Below are positions 56,290 to 64,000 of a stretch of DNA of 64,000 nucleotides, one piece after another. How positions within the stretch are numbered: position 1 is the first letter of the stretch; each line of letters begins with the position of its first letter. The notes under the pieces are model-generated. The model worked only from the letters and a program-made list of their open reading frames with translations, did not search any database and had not been told where the DNA came from. Source of the stretch: an uncultured Flavobacteriales bacterium (GTDB lineage Bacteria; Bacteroidota; Bacteroidia; Flavobacteriales_D; Crocinitomicaceae); contig CAJWRM010000002.1 of the NCBI GenBank assembly GCA_913046365.1, forward strand, positions 50,815 to 114,814. The letters run 5' to 3'. The position numbers were made by a program, and so were the translations under genes.

Positions 56290-59200
56290 CTATTTTTGTA
56301 TATAATTATATTCTGTTGCCATATTAGCCATATGCTCTTTGAAAAGCTGATTCAATGCTTCCATGTTTTCAGATAATCCCAATATTGACAATTCATTCTC
56401 CATGTCTGGCAGAATTTTTCCATAAAGTTTGTTTAGTGTTCCTGTTACTTCCTTTTCAAAGGCCATTCCCTTAACTGCTTTTTGTATTTTAAAACATGCG
56501 TCTGCTGCAGCGAATAGGTCATCTCGGTTACTATTCATTGTTCCTGGTTCGATTGCAATCATAGCGTCGCTATTTTCAAAAAAGGAGAATACACTTTTAT
56601 AAATGTTTAGCAACTTTTTGCCTAAATCCGTTGCTTTTTTTGTTTCTCCCATTAATGCATAGAGCTGAACGTACTCATACAAGCAACCACTCATTCTAGG
56701 GCTATAGCTATTGTTTCTAATCCTGTTGTAATCAAGAGAGGTAATTGGGTCATTCCCTGTGATTTCTCCAAAATCAATTACGGTTTCAACAGGCATAAGC
56801 TTTAATGAACGGTCTAAGGCTTTTATAGCTCTTTTATTGTCCCCCTCATAATACAGCTGTTCTGCTAGTAATAAAAAGTCAGTTCTGTAGTGAGATGTAT
56901 GTCTTCTTGCATAGTAATCAGTAAGTACATCGGGATTTGCCATATCACCGAATTCATATTCTTTCATCAGCTTCGAATACATTTTCTCTACATTGAAGAA
57001 GTTTTGTTTTTCATTCTTTAAGAGCGGTTTTTCAGGTGGGCATGGATTCAGCTCATAAGCCACACCGACTTGTTTGACATATCCATTTTGTAGAAGTCTT
57101 GTCGCAAATTTCGATCCTCTATTGCTTGAGAAATATAAGCCACGTTCCCAATTGAAATTACTCAAGATATCTAGCATCATGATTTCTTCTCTTGATATCC
57201 GATCAATACCACTATAGCTTATGGTTATTTTATTTGGACATCGCTCAATGTCATTTCCATCTATAATACCTGACTTTAAAGCATTTTCCTTGTTTACAGC
57301 CAGCGTAAAGTTTTGAGCCGGGAAGATATTTGCCTTTGAGCCACGTCTCATTTTAAGAACGCCCTTATTTTCACGAACAAAATTCATTGCTTTAGATAAA
57401 TCTATTGAATCCCAACCGGATTCAAAATTCTCAAAAGGTTTTGATAATAAATTTAGTGCACTAATGGTTTCATTATATTTTGCTTCATCCCCCTGACCAT
57501 AGTTCCTGAGTTTATTTTCAAGCTGTGGATAAAGCTGTTTTAAAACCATGTATTGAGCAGCAATTGAATCGCTGAAGTTTTGGTTATTATTTTTATTTAA
57601 ATAAGCCGTTAGTTTTTGTGCCTGAGCCTTCGTGGATGGCTGCATTACTGAAAGCTGATACAATATATTTTGCACTGCATTTTTAAACGCTGGGAATTTA
57701 ATTCTAGCCGCATTTTCGTTGTTTCCATTTTCTAATCGAAGCTTTAGAATCTCTTTTATTGTTGACATTTTGATATTAGAGCTACCAACAATATTGTATA
57801 AATCTATAAAGTAAAGCTGGTCTGTCGTTCCACCGTACATGAGGATTTGATCCTCGGTAAATTTGATCGGGAGCGGCGCAGATTCATAAGCTTTCATTTT
57901 CATTTGATTGGTGTACCAATCTGTACCCATAAGAGAAAGATTGCAGACCCGAACATCTGTTCTGAATCCCTCAACCTCTTGGGCATACCAAAGCGGGAAT
58001 GTGTCGTTGTCTCCATTCGTGAATATGATTCCATTTTTTTCACAGGAGGCCAGGTAGTTTTTAGCTAAATCTCGTGCAGTTGTTTTTCCATGACGGTTGT
58101 GGTCATCCCATCCTTGCGAGCCCATAATAAATGGTACAATAAAACCAATCAAAGCACCAGCAGTCAGCCGGACATTGGCATTTTGAAGCTTCGCTTTATT
58201 TTTAAGAAAATCGATTATTGCATATACGCCAAATGCAATCCACATGGCAAAGAAATAAAAAGATCCTGCGTAGGCATAGTCTCTTTCTCTCGGCTCGAAA
58301 GGTTTTTGATTCAGGTAAATCAGTATTGCAAAACCAGTAAAAATAAACGCAAGTGTTAGTACGAAAGCATCTTTTGGGGATTTTCGGTAATGAAATACAA
58401 GTCCAATGAGCGCGAAGATGAGCGGGATGAAGTAAAATTTATTGTTTGATTTATTGTTCTGTGTATACGAAGGTGCATTAGCTTGATTTCCTAATCGAGC
58501 ATCGTCAATGAATCCAATACCCGAGATCCAATTTCCCCTCATGTTGTCACCATGTCCTTGAATATCATTTTGTCTTCCAGCGAAGTTCCACATGAAATAT
58601 CTGAAGTACATCCAATTAAATTGGTAATTAAGAAAGTAGCTCAGGTTTTCTCCAAAAGTTGGGATTCTATTATCGTCTGTTCCAATTTCACCATTCCCTT
58701 CGCTGTAGGGATTGTATCCGGACCAATATTTATAGCCTGAAATATGGCGTGGTGTACTCGAATACATTCTTGGGAAAAAAGTTGTTTGGCTAAAGGTAGG
58801 AGTTGCTCCTTTTCTGATAGAAGCATTGCTCTCAAAGTATTTCTCCACGACAGAAAGACCATCTGAACTTTCTTTTGTTACATAATCTTGTGCATCTTTT
58901 TCATTTACAAATGCCTTGATGTCGGACGTTCCATCTGTAACTACCCATCTTCTAAGGTAGTATGCTGAAAGGTCGTTCCACTCATTTTGTGGTGCCATTT
59001 CAGAGTTCCAATACTGACCCTTTAGCAAAGGTGCGCTACCGTACTGCTCTCTTTTCAAGTAGGAGTGGAGTGTCACTAGATTTTCAGGGTCATTTTCATC
59101 AAGTGGAGTATTTGCATTCGAGCGTATTACAATCACAGCAAAAGAACCGTAACCAATCAATAAAAAGATAAGCCCCATCAACGAATTCGCTAAAAATGTA

Positions 59201-60075
59201 TTTCGTTTGTGATTCGCGTAACGAACCGCCAACACACAAGCCCCTATCAATAATGCGAAAAACAGAACTGAACCTGAGTAAAAAGGTAAGCCAAATGTAT
59301 TTACGAATGAAACCTCAAACTTTGATGCAAGTGAAATAGTTCCGGGAATAATTCCTTCTTGGATAAACCCTAGAACAACAATTGATAGAAGTCCAGCAAG
59401 GACAAAACCTTTCGGGGTAGTCTTTTTAACTCTGAAGTATATGACGTAACCGATTGCTGGGATAACAAGTATACCCAATAAGTGAACGCCAATGGCGAGG
59501 CCAAGTAAAAACATAATGAGTAACAACCATTTATTTGGAGATCTACCATTTGAATACCCACTCTTTTCATATAAAGCCATTTCTTCATCCCATTTCAGGA
59601 TGGCCCAAAAGATGACGGCGGTAAACAATGAGGCCATTGCATATACCTCACCCTCAACTGCAGAAAACCAAAAGGATTCTGAAAAAGTATAGGAAAGTGA
59701 AGCAATGGCTGCAGAAATAAAAATCGCGATTTTATCTGAATCTTCGAGATGCTCTTTTGATTGTAAAATTAATTTCTTGAGCAGGATGGTCAAAGACCAA
59801 AACATAAAGAGAATAGTAAAAGAGCTTGAAAATGCAGACAGCGCATTTATGAAGTAAGCGACATTTTCTGGTGCTGCAAAAAAGGAAAAAAGTCGGCCCA
59901 AGAGCATGTATAGTGGAGCACCTGGAGGGTGACCAACTTCTAGCTTGTAGGCGGCGGTGATGTATTCGCCACAATCCCATAAGCTAGCTGTGTCTTCAAT
60001 CGTTAAAAGGTATACAATTGATGCAATCGCAAAGACAACCCAACCCGTAATTTTATTAATGAAAGTATAATTCAT
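56290..60075 (-). CDS. DUF2723/TMEM260-like GT-C-fold membrane protein with large C-terminal extension (1261 aa)
   Basis: The N-terminus TASLWDCGEYITAAYKLEVGHPPGAPLY is characteristic of DUF2723. About 12 or more TM helices lie in the first ~650 residues, followed by a helical-repeat soluble region. Confidence 0.75.
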   Translation of the reverse strand: MNYTFINKITGWVVFAIASIVYLLTIEDTASLWDCGEYITAAYKLEVGHPPGAPLYMLLGRLFSFFAAPENVAYFINALSAFSSSFTILFMFWSLTILLKKLILQSKEHLEDSDKIAIFISAAIASLSYTFSESFWFSAVEGEVYAMASLFTAVIFWAILKWDEEMALYEKSGYSNGRSPNKWLLLIMFLLGLAIGVHLLGILVIPAIGYVIYFRVKKTTPKGFVLAGLLSIVVLGFIQEGIIPGTISLASKFEVSFVNTFGLPFYSGSVLFFALLIGACVLAVRYANHKRNTFLANSLMGLIFLLIGYGSFAVIVIRSNANTPLDENDPENLVTLHSYLKREQYGSAPLLKGQYWNSEMAPQNEWNDLSAYYLRRWVVTDGTSDIKAFVNEKDAQDYVTKESSDGLSVVEKYFESNASIRKGATPTFSQTTFFPRMYSSTPRHISGYKYWSGYNPYSEGNGEIGTDDNRIPTFGENLSYFLNYQFNWMYFRYFMWNFAGRQNDIQGHGDNMRGNWISGIGFIDDARLGNQANAPSYTQNNKSNNKFYFIPLIFALIGLVFHYRKSPKDAFVLTLAFIFTGFAILIYLNQKPFEPRERDYAYAGSFYFFAMWIAFGVYAIIDFLKNKAKLQNANVRLTAGALIGFIVPFIMGSQGWDDHNRHGKTTARDLAKNYLASCEKNGIIFTNGDNDTFPLWYAQEVEGFRTDVRVCNLSLMGTDWYTNQMKMKAYESAPLPIKFTEDQILMYGGTTDQLYFIDLYNIVGSSNIKMSTIKEILKLRLENGNNENAARIKFPAFKNAVQNILYQLSVMQPSTKAQAQKLTAYLNKNNNQNFSDSIAAQYMVLKQLYPQLENKLRNYGQGDEAKYNETISALNLLSKPFENFESGWDSIDLSKAMNFVRENKGVLKMRRGSKANIFPAQNFTLAVNKENALKSGIIDGNDIERCPNKITISYSGIDRISREEIMMLDILSNFNWERGLYFSSNRGSKFATRLLQNGYVKQVGVAYELNPCPPEKPLLKNEKQNFFNVEKMYSKLMKEYEFGDMANPDVLTDYYARRHTSHYRTDFLLLAEQLYYEGDNKRAIKALDRSLKLMPVETVIDFGEITGNDPITSLDYNRIRNNSYSPRMSGCLYEYVQLYALMGETKKATDLGKKLLNIYKSVFSFFENSDAMIAIEPGTMNSNRDDLFAAADACFKIQKAVKGMAFEKEVTGTLNKLYGKILPDMENELSILGLSENMEALNQLFKEHMANMATEYNYIQK

Positions 60076-60208
60076 GTCTGTTTTAATTCCTTTAATAGTA
60101 GCGCGAATTTAAGAATATTCGTTTGTACTTGTGTCTATTCTGCTCTCAAAAGAATGTCTAGGTGACATAATTTTTGTTAATCGCGCTGATTAAATTAAAT
60201 TTAGTTGT

Positions 60209-60216
60209 TAAATTTG
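60209..60216 (+). promoter_or_regulatory. Candidate -7 box TAAATTTG upstream of tRNA-Gln
   Basis: Exact TAnnTTTG match 31 nt before the first tRNA nucleotide. Confidence 0.3.
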
Positions 60217-60246
60217 CACCCTAATTGTTGAAATTTTTCATCTAAT

Positions 60247-60319
60247 TGACCCATGGTGTAACTGGCAACACGTCTGGTTTTGGTCCAGAAGAGTCTAGGT
60301 TCGAGCCCTAGTGGGTCAA
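60247..60319 (+). tRNA. tRNA-Gln (anticodon UUG)
   Basis: Hand-folded cloverleaf. Acceptor TGACCCA/TGGGTCA, D stem GTGT/ACAC, anticodon stem TCTGG/CCAGA with loop TTTTGGT (anticodon TTG), T arm CTAGG-TTCGAGC-CCTAG, discriminator A. CCA is not encoded. Confidence 0.9.
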
Positions 60320-60329
60320 CTCTTAACGA

Positions 60330-60358
60330 GAGTGAATGTAGAAGCATTCACTCTTTTT
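60330..60358 (+). terminator. Rho-independent terminator after tRNA-Gln
   Basis: Perfect 9-bp stem GAGTGAATG-TAGAAG-CATTCACTC followed by TTTTT. Confidence 0.75.
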
Positions 60359-60373
60359 ATTTTACAAATTATT

Positions 60374-61414
60374 ATGAGCGATAACGAAAAAAAGCACATT
60401 GAGATCGATGCACTCGGAGAGTTTGGCCTGATTGAAACACTAACGAAGGAGGCAACATTGAAAAACCCTTCAAGTATTCTTGGGGTTGGAGATGATGCTG
60501 CTGAAATAGAACTTTCATCCAAAGAATCCATACTCGTTTCTTCTGATATGCTTGTGGAAGGAGTGCATTTTAATCTTTCGTATGTTCCGCTAAAGTCATT
60601 GGGGTTTAAAGCTGTTTCTGTCAATGTATCTGACATTTTTGCAATGAATGGAAAACCGGAGCAATTGACGGTTTCTCTCGGTGTTTCGAGTAAATTCCCA
60701 GTGGAGGCGCTAGAGGAATTATATAAGGGAATTCATGCAGCTTGTTCCTTTTACAATGTTGACCTCGTTGGAGGAGACACTGTTTCTTCCTCATCGGGAT
60801 TGATTTTATCCATTTCCGTTATTGGGCGGGCTGCAAAGAAAAAAATAACGTATCGAAAGGGCGCAAAGGAAAATGACCTTGTTGTGGTCACCGGAGATTT
60901 AGGCTCGTCTTATCTTGGGTTACAGATTTTGGAACGTGAAAAGGGAGTTTTTCTAGAAAACCCAGACATTCAACCTAAACTTGAAGGTTATGATGACTTG
61001 ATAAAAAAGCAGATTCAGCCTATTGCTAGACAAGATGTAATCGACATGTTTGATGAGCTTGGTTTGGTTCCGAGTGCAATGATTGATATTTCTGATGGCT
61101 TGGCTTCAGAGGTGCTTCATATTGCAAAATGTAGTGATTGCTCCATCTCATTGTATTCTGATAAATTGCCGATTACGGAGAAACTTATTGTTACTGCTGA
61201 GGAGCTAAATCTTGATCCTTACATGTGTGCAATGAATGGAGGTGAGGATTATGAGCTTTTGTTTACAGTGAGCCAAAAAGATTATGATAAAATTAAGAAT
61301 CACCCTAGCTTTTCGGTAATTGGTTTTGTTACGGATAAGACTCAAGATTGCTTGCTTATTGATAAGAACAACAGCGCTGTACGTATCTCTGCTCAAGGCT
61401 GGAAACACTTTTAA
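60374..61414 (+). CDS. thiL: Thiamine-monophosphate kinase
   Basis: LGEFGLIETL, GDDAA, SDMLVEGVHF, GGDT, GGEDYELLFT. The start is placed at ATG 60374, because the ORF-track start at 60311 lies inside the tRNA. Confidence 0.85.
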   Translation: MSDNEKKHIEIDALGEFGLIETLTKEATLKNPSSILGVGDDAAEIELSSKESILVSSDMLVEGVHFNLSYVPLKSLGFKAVSVNVSDIFAMNGKPEQLTVSLGVSSKFPVEALEELYKGIHAACSFYNVDLVGGDTVSSSSGLILSISVIGRAAKKKITYRKGAKENDLVVVTGDLGSSYLGLQILEREKGVFLENPDIQPKLEGYDDLIKKQIQPIARQDVIDMFDELGLVPSAMIDISDGLASEVLHIAKCSDCSISLYSDKLPITEKLIVTAEELNLDPYMCAMNGGEDYELLFTVSQKDYDKIKNHPSFSVIGFVTDKTQDCLLIDKNNSAVRISAQGWKHF

Positions 61415-61806
61415 TCTATTCTTGGTAACTGTATGAGGTCTTGGTGAATTATACAAATAACGAATTCACCGAAAACTTCTCTTTTTACTTTTTCAGCTTC
61501 TAAACGGGTTCTGAAATCCCCTACTTTTAGGTTAAAGTGAGGGGCCTCAAACTCAACATAAGTGGCAATGAGAGGGTATAGTTTTAAAAATCGATCTCTA
61601 GCTTCATCGACAACATTTTTGTCTGAATCAAAACAAATCTGAAGGCGATATCCTGTAATTTCATCTATGGTTTTTTCTATGGTAACAAGATTTTCAATTC
61701 TCGAATCAGCAAGAACATCGATGCTACCAATATGCGCAACACTTTGTGCAAAGCTCGAGACCGAGATTGAAAAAGAAAAGACCAAAAAGAATATCGTTTT
61801 TTGCAT
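61411..61806 (-). CDS. SPOR-like domain protein (exported)
   Basis: Signal peptide from ATG 61806 (MQKTIFFLVFSFSISVSSFAQ). C-terminal GYRLQICFD...FNLKVGDFRTRLEAEKVKREV resembles a SPOR domain. Confidence 0.55.
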   Translation of the reverse strand: MQKTIFFLVFSFSISVSSFAQSVAHIGSIDVLADSRIENLVTIEKTIDEITGYRLQICFDSDKNVVDEARDRFLKLYPLIATYVEFEAPHFNLKVGDFRTRLEAEKVKREVFGEFVICIIHQDLIQLPRID

Positions 61807-62013
61807 AATAAACACCGTTCGAATATAGAGTTTATACGAATTTACTGAAAATAGTTACAATCATCAATCTTCTTATTTAGAATCATTTTAAATTAATATT
61901 TATAGAGTTCTTTTTGTCATAAAAGTGTCATGAAAACAAGTAATCTACGTAATTTTGCTACGTTAAAATGTGTTAATGCTTATTTGGTTTTAACCTTTAT
62001 TAGTTTACTTTTC

Positions 62014-63372
62014 ATGAAAATAACTAACATTCAGAAAGTTACAGAGCTAAGGACCCGTCTCAAGGCGGTAATCCTTTTTTCCTTTCTAGCCCTCGCCCCA
62101 TCTTATTTTTCTCAAGGAGAAGGTCTTTTTAAGGCCAAATGTGCAACTTGCCATGCGGTTTTCAAAAACGGTACTGGTCCAAAATTGTATGAAGCCCGAA
62201 AAAGGTGGGATGATGCAGGTGAAGGAGAATACATTTACGAATGGGTACGAAACAATGCCGCCTTAAGGGCAAGTGGCAAGTCAAGTCGGGCTAATGAAAT
62301 CTTCCAAGAGTATAAGGGAAGTGTTATGTCTGTCTTTGCTGACCTTACGGACGATCAAATTACCTCTATTTTTGACTGGGTTGATGCACAAGATCCAAAT
62401 GCTCAAGCAGCCGGAGGTCCGAACATAGCTGCTTCTTCTGGTGTAGAGATGGAAGAAGAGAAAGGTCCTCCATGGATATGGATCGTTATGGGGGTCATGT
62501 TTAGCATCATCATTATGGCTGTTGGAGGCGTGCGCCGTCAATTAAAAATAGCGACAAAAGAAAGTGATGAGGGTTCAGAGGGTCTCACATATGTCGAGGA
62601 GTTTAAAACTTGGGCTTGGAAATATAGGTTATACGTCGGCTTGACGACACTGGTATTGGTGTTATCCTTGGTCGTTGGTTTCTTCCAAACGTTGTACAGC
62701 ATAAATTTAATGGAATCTTATCAGCCATCTCAGCCGATTGCTTTTCCTCATGATGTGCATGCCGGCGTCAACGGTATTGATTGTAAGTATTGTCATAATT
62801 CGGTAACCAAATCAAAATCTGCTGGACTACCTACCGTAAACGTTTGTATGAATTGCCACAAGAAAATTGATGGTGAAGGTAAAGAGTACCAAGGCGAAAT
62901 CAATAAAATTTATGCCGCCGCCGGATGGGATCCTTCAAGAGGTCCATCAGGTGAATATACCAATGAAACAAAACCAATCGTTTGGAACAAGGTTCACAAC
63001 TTACCTGACCATGTTTATTTCAATCACTCACAGCACGTTGTAGTTGGTGGTTTGGATTGTAAACAATGCCATGGTGATATGGCAAAGTTAAAAGAGTTGG
63101 CAAAAGTTCAACCCCACCAGGAATTGAATAAAATCCAAGAAAATATCGATAGTAAAATTGAGTTCGATCGGGCAACGATGACCATGGGATGGTGTATTCA
63201 GTGTCATGAACAATCAAGCATAAATATCACGGATGGTAAGAGCGGTTATTATGCTGAAATCCATAATAGGTTAAAGGAAAATGACTATAACCTGCTCAAT
63301 CAATATAATGAGGACGGTAGAGTATCAGTTAAAGAATTGGGTGGTTGGGAATGTTCAAAATGTCACTACTAA
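62014..63372 (+). CDS. actA: Alternative complex III multihaem cytochrome c subunit ActA with extra N-terminal monohaem domain
   Basis: Six CxxCH motifs (CATCH, CKYCH, CMNCH, CKQCH, CIQCH, CSKCH) and a TM helix after the first haem domain. The start is ambiguous between 61930 and 62014. Confidence 0.8.
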   Translation: MKITNIQKVTELRTRLKAVILFSFLALAPSYFSQGEGLFKAKCATCHAVFKNGTGPKLYEARKRWDDAGEGEYIYEWVRNNAALRASGKSSRANEIFQEYKGSVMSVFADLTDDQITSIFDWVDAQDPNAQAAGGPNIAASSGVEMEEEKGPPWIWIVMGVMFSIIIMAVGGVRRQLKIATKESDEGSEGLTYVEEFKTWAWKYRLYVGLTTLVLVLSLVVGFFQTLYSINLMESYQPSQPIAFPHDVHAGVNGIDCKYCHNSVTKSKSAGLPTVNVCMNCHKKIDGEGKEYQGEINKIYAAAGWDPSRGPSGEYTNETKPIVWNKVHNLPDHVYFNHSQHVVVGGLDCKQCHGDMAKLKELAKVQPHQELNKIQENIDSKIEFDRATMTMGWCIQCHEQSSINITDGKSGYYAEIHNRLKENDYNLLNQYNEDGRVSVKELGGWECSKCHY

Positions 63373-63401
63373 ATAAAATTGTCTACTGAAAGAAAAAGAT
63401 T

Positions 63402-64000
63402 ATGACAAACGAAAGAAAATATTGGAAGGGTATTGAAGAGCTTCAACAAACAGAGTCTTTTCAAAAATCTAAATCTTTAGAGTTTCCCGAACAAAACAAT
63501 CTAGAGAGTATGTTGGCTGACGATGAGCTCAACGAATCCTCAACTGGACGAAGAGACTTTCTAAAGTTTCTTGGCTTTTCTGTTGTAGCTGCTACTGTTG
63601 CGGCTTGTGAAGCTCCTGTTATTAAAGCAGTACCTTATGTCATGAAGCCCGAGAATATCGTTCCTGGTATGGCGACTTGGTATGCATCGACTTACTATGA
63701 CGGTAGTTCTTATGCAAGTGTTTTGGTTAAAACCAGAGAAGGGCGCCCGATTTTCATTAAAGGAAATAAGGATTTTGGACTTTCAAAAGGTGTTGTAAAT
63801 GCGCAGATTATTGCTTCTGTTCTTGGTCTTTATGATAGTGAAAGACTGCAAGGACCTACGCAGAAAGGGAAACCTGCAAAATGGTCTACTGTTGATAAGT
63901 CGATTGGAAAAGCATTAGCATCAGCAAAAAGCGTTGCGCTAATTTCTAATACAGTCATTAGTCCTTCATTGTCCTCGTCAATAGAAGAGATGAAGTCGTC
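63402..64000 (+). CDS. actB: Alternative complex III ActB (molybdopterin-oxidoreductase-like/Fe-S subunit), 3' end outside window
   Basis: My own translation from ATG 63402 gives MTNERKYWKGIEELQ...STGRRDFLKFLGFSVVAATVAAC (Tat-type RRDFLK signal). The frame is open to the window end. Not in the ORF track because no stop is reached. Confidence 0.8.
   Translation, partial: MTNERKYWKGIEELQQTESFQKSKSLEFPEQNNLESMLADDELNESSTGRRDFLKFLGFSVVAATVAACEAPVIKAVPYVMKPENIVPGMATWYASTYYDGSSYASVLVKTREGRPIFIKGNKDFGLSKGVVNAQIIASVLGLYDSERLQGPTQKGKPAKWSTVDKSIGKALASAKSVALISNTVISPSLSSSIEEMKS

Noticed and set aside
60247-60373. tRNA-Gln as an integration hotspot for a mobile element
   Set aside because: There is no integrase, no direct repeat of the tRNA 3' end nearby, and the flanking genes (DUF2723 protein, thiL) are ordinary chromosomal genes. 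The tRNA has its own terminator.
1-64000. CRISPR arrays, IS elements, prophage or defence islands
   Set aside because: I saw no regularly spaced short direct repeats and no transposase, integrase, recombinase, restriction, helicase-nuclease or toxin-antitoxin-like ORFs. The only substantial repeat is the in-gene 792-bp duplication.

Overview
This is an AT-rich, very gene-dense chromosomal segment that reads like a Bacteroidota genome of the Flavobacteriia/Cytophagia type. Three exported proteins end in T9SS type-A C-terminal sorting domains. Alternative complex III genes (actA/actB) sit at the right edge. Several genes are preceded by TAnnTTTG-type -7 boxes, and many neighbouring genes overlap by 4-14 nt. 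I call about 57 protein-coding genes, one tRNA-Gln(UUG) and several intrinsic terminators. Most content is housekeeping: ileS, asnS, pth, gpmI, lipB, galE, thiL, ftsE, a TatD hydrolase, asparaginase, an acyl-CoA carboxyltransferase and PGI/PMI. These are interleaved with envelope and secreted proteins. I see no transposase, integrase, CRISPR array, restriction-modification or recognisable defence genes, and no obvious genomic island. I therefore cannot point to a clear-cut novel system. The best candidates for something undescribed are: (i) a tightly packed operon of a 1261-aa DUF2723/TMEM260-like GT-C protein, a NodB deacetylase, an orphan histidine kinase and gpmI (53260-60075); (ii) a 1381-aa T9SS cargo built from a 792-bp tandemly duplicated module carrying an unassigned SWGDGWNG domain (6731-10876); (iii) a SulP transporter with an unassigned ~215-aa C-terminal domain (50948-53200); (iv) an overlapping 1024-aa TPR protein plus 577-aa beta-barrel pair (37021-41818); (v) a recurrent TAnnTTTG-N4/5-start-codon arrangement suggesting leaderless transcripts. 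All functional calls come from motif recognition by eye on the supplied translations, not from database searches.
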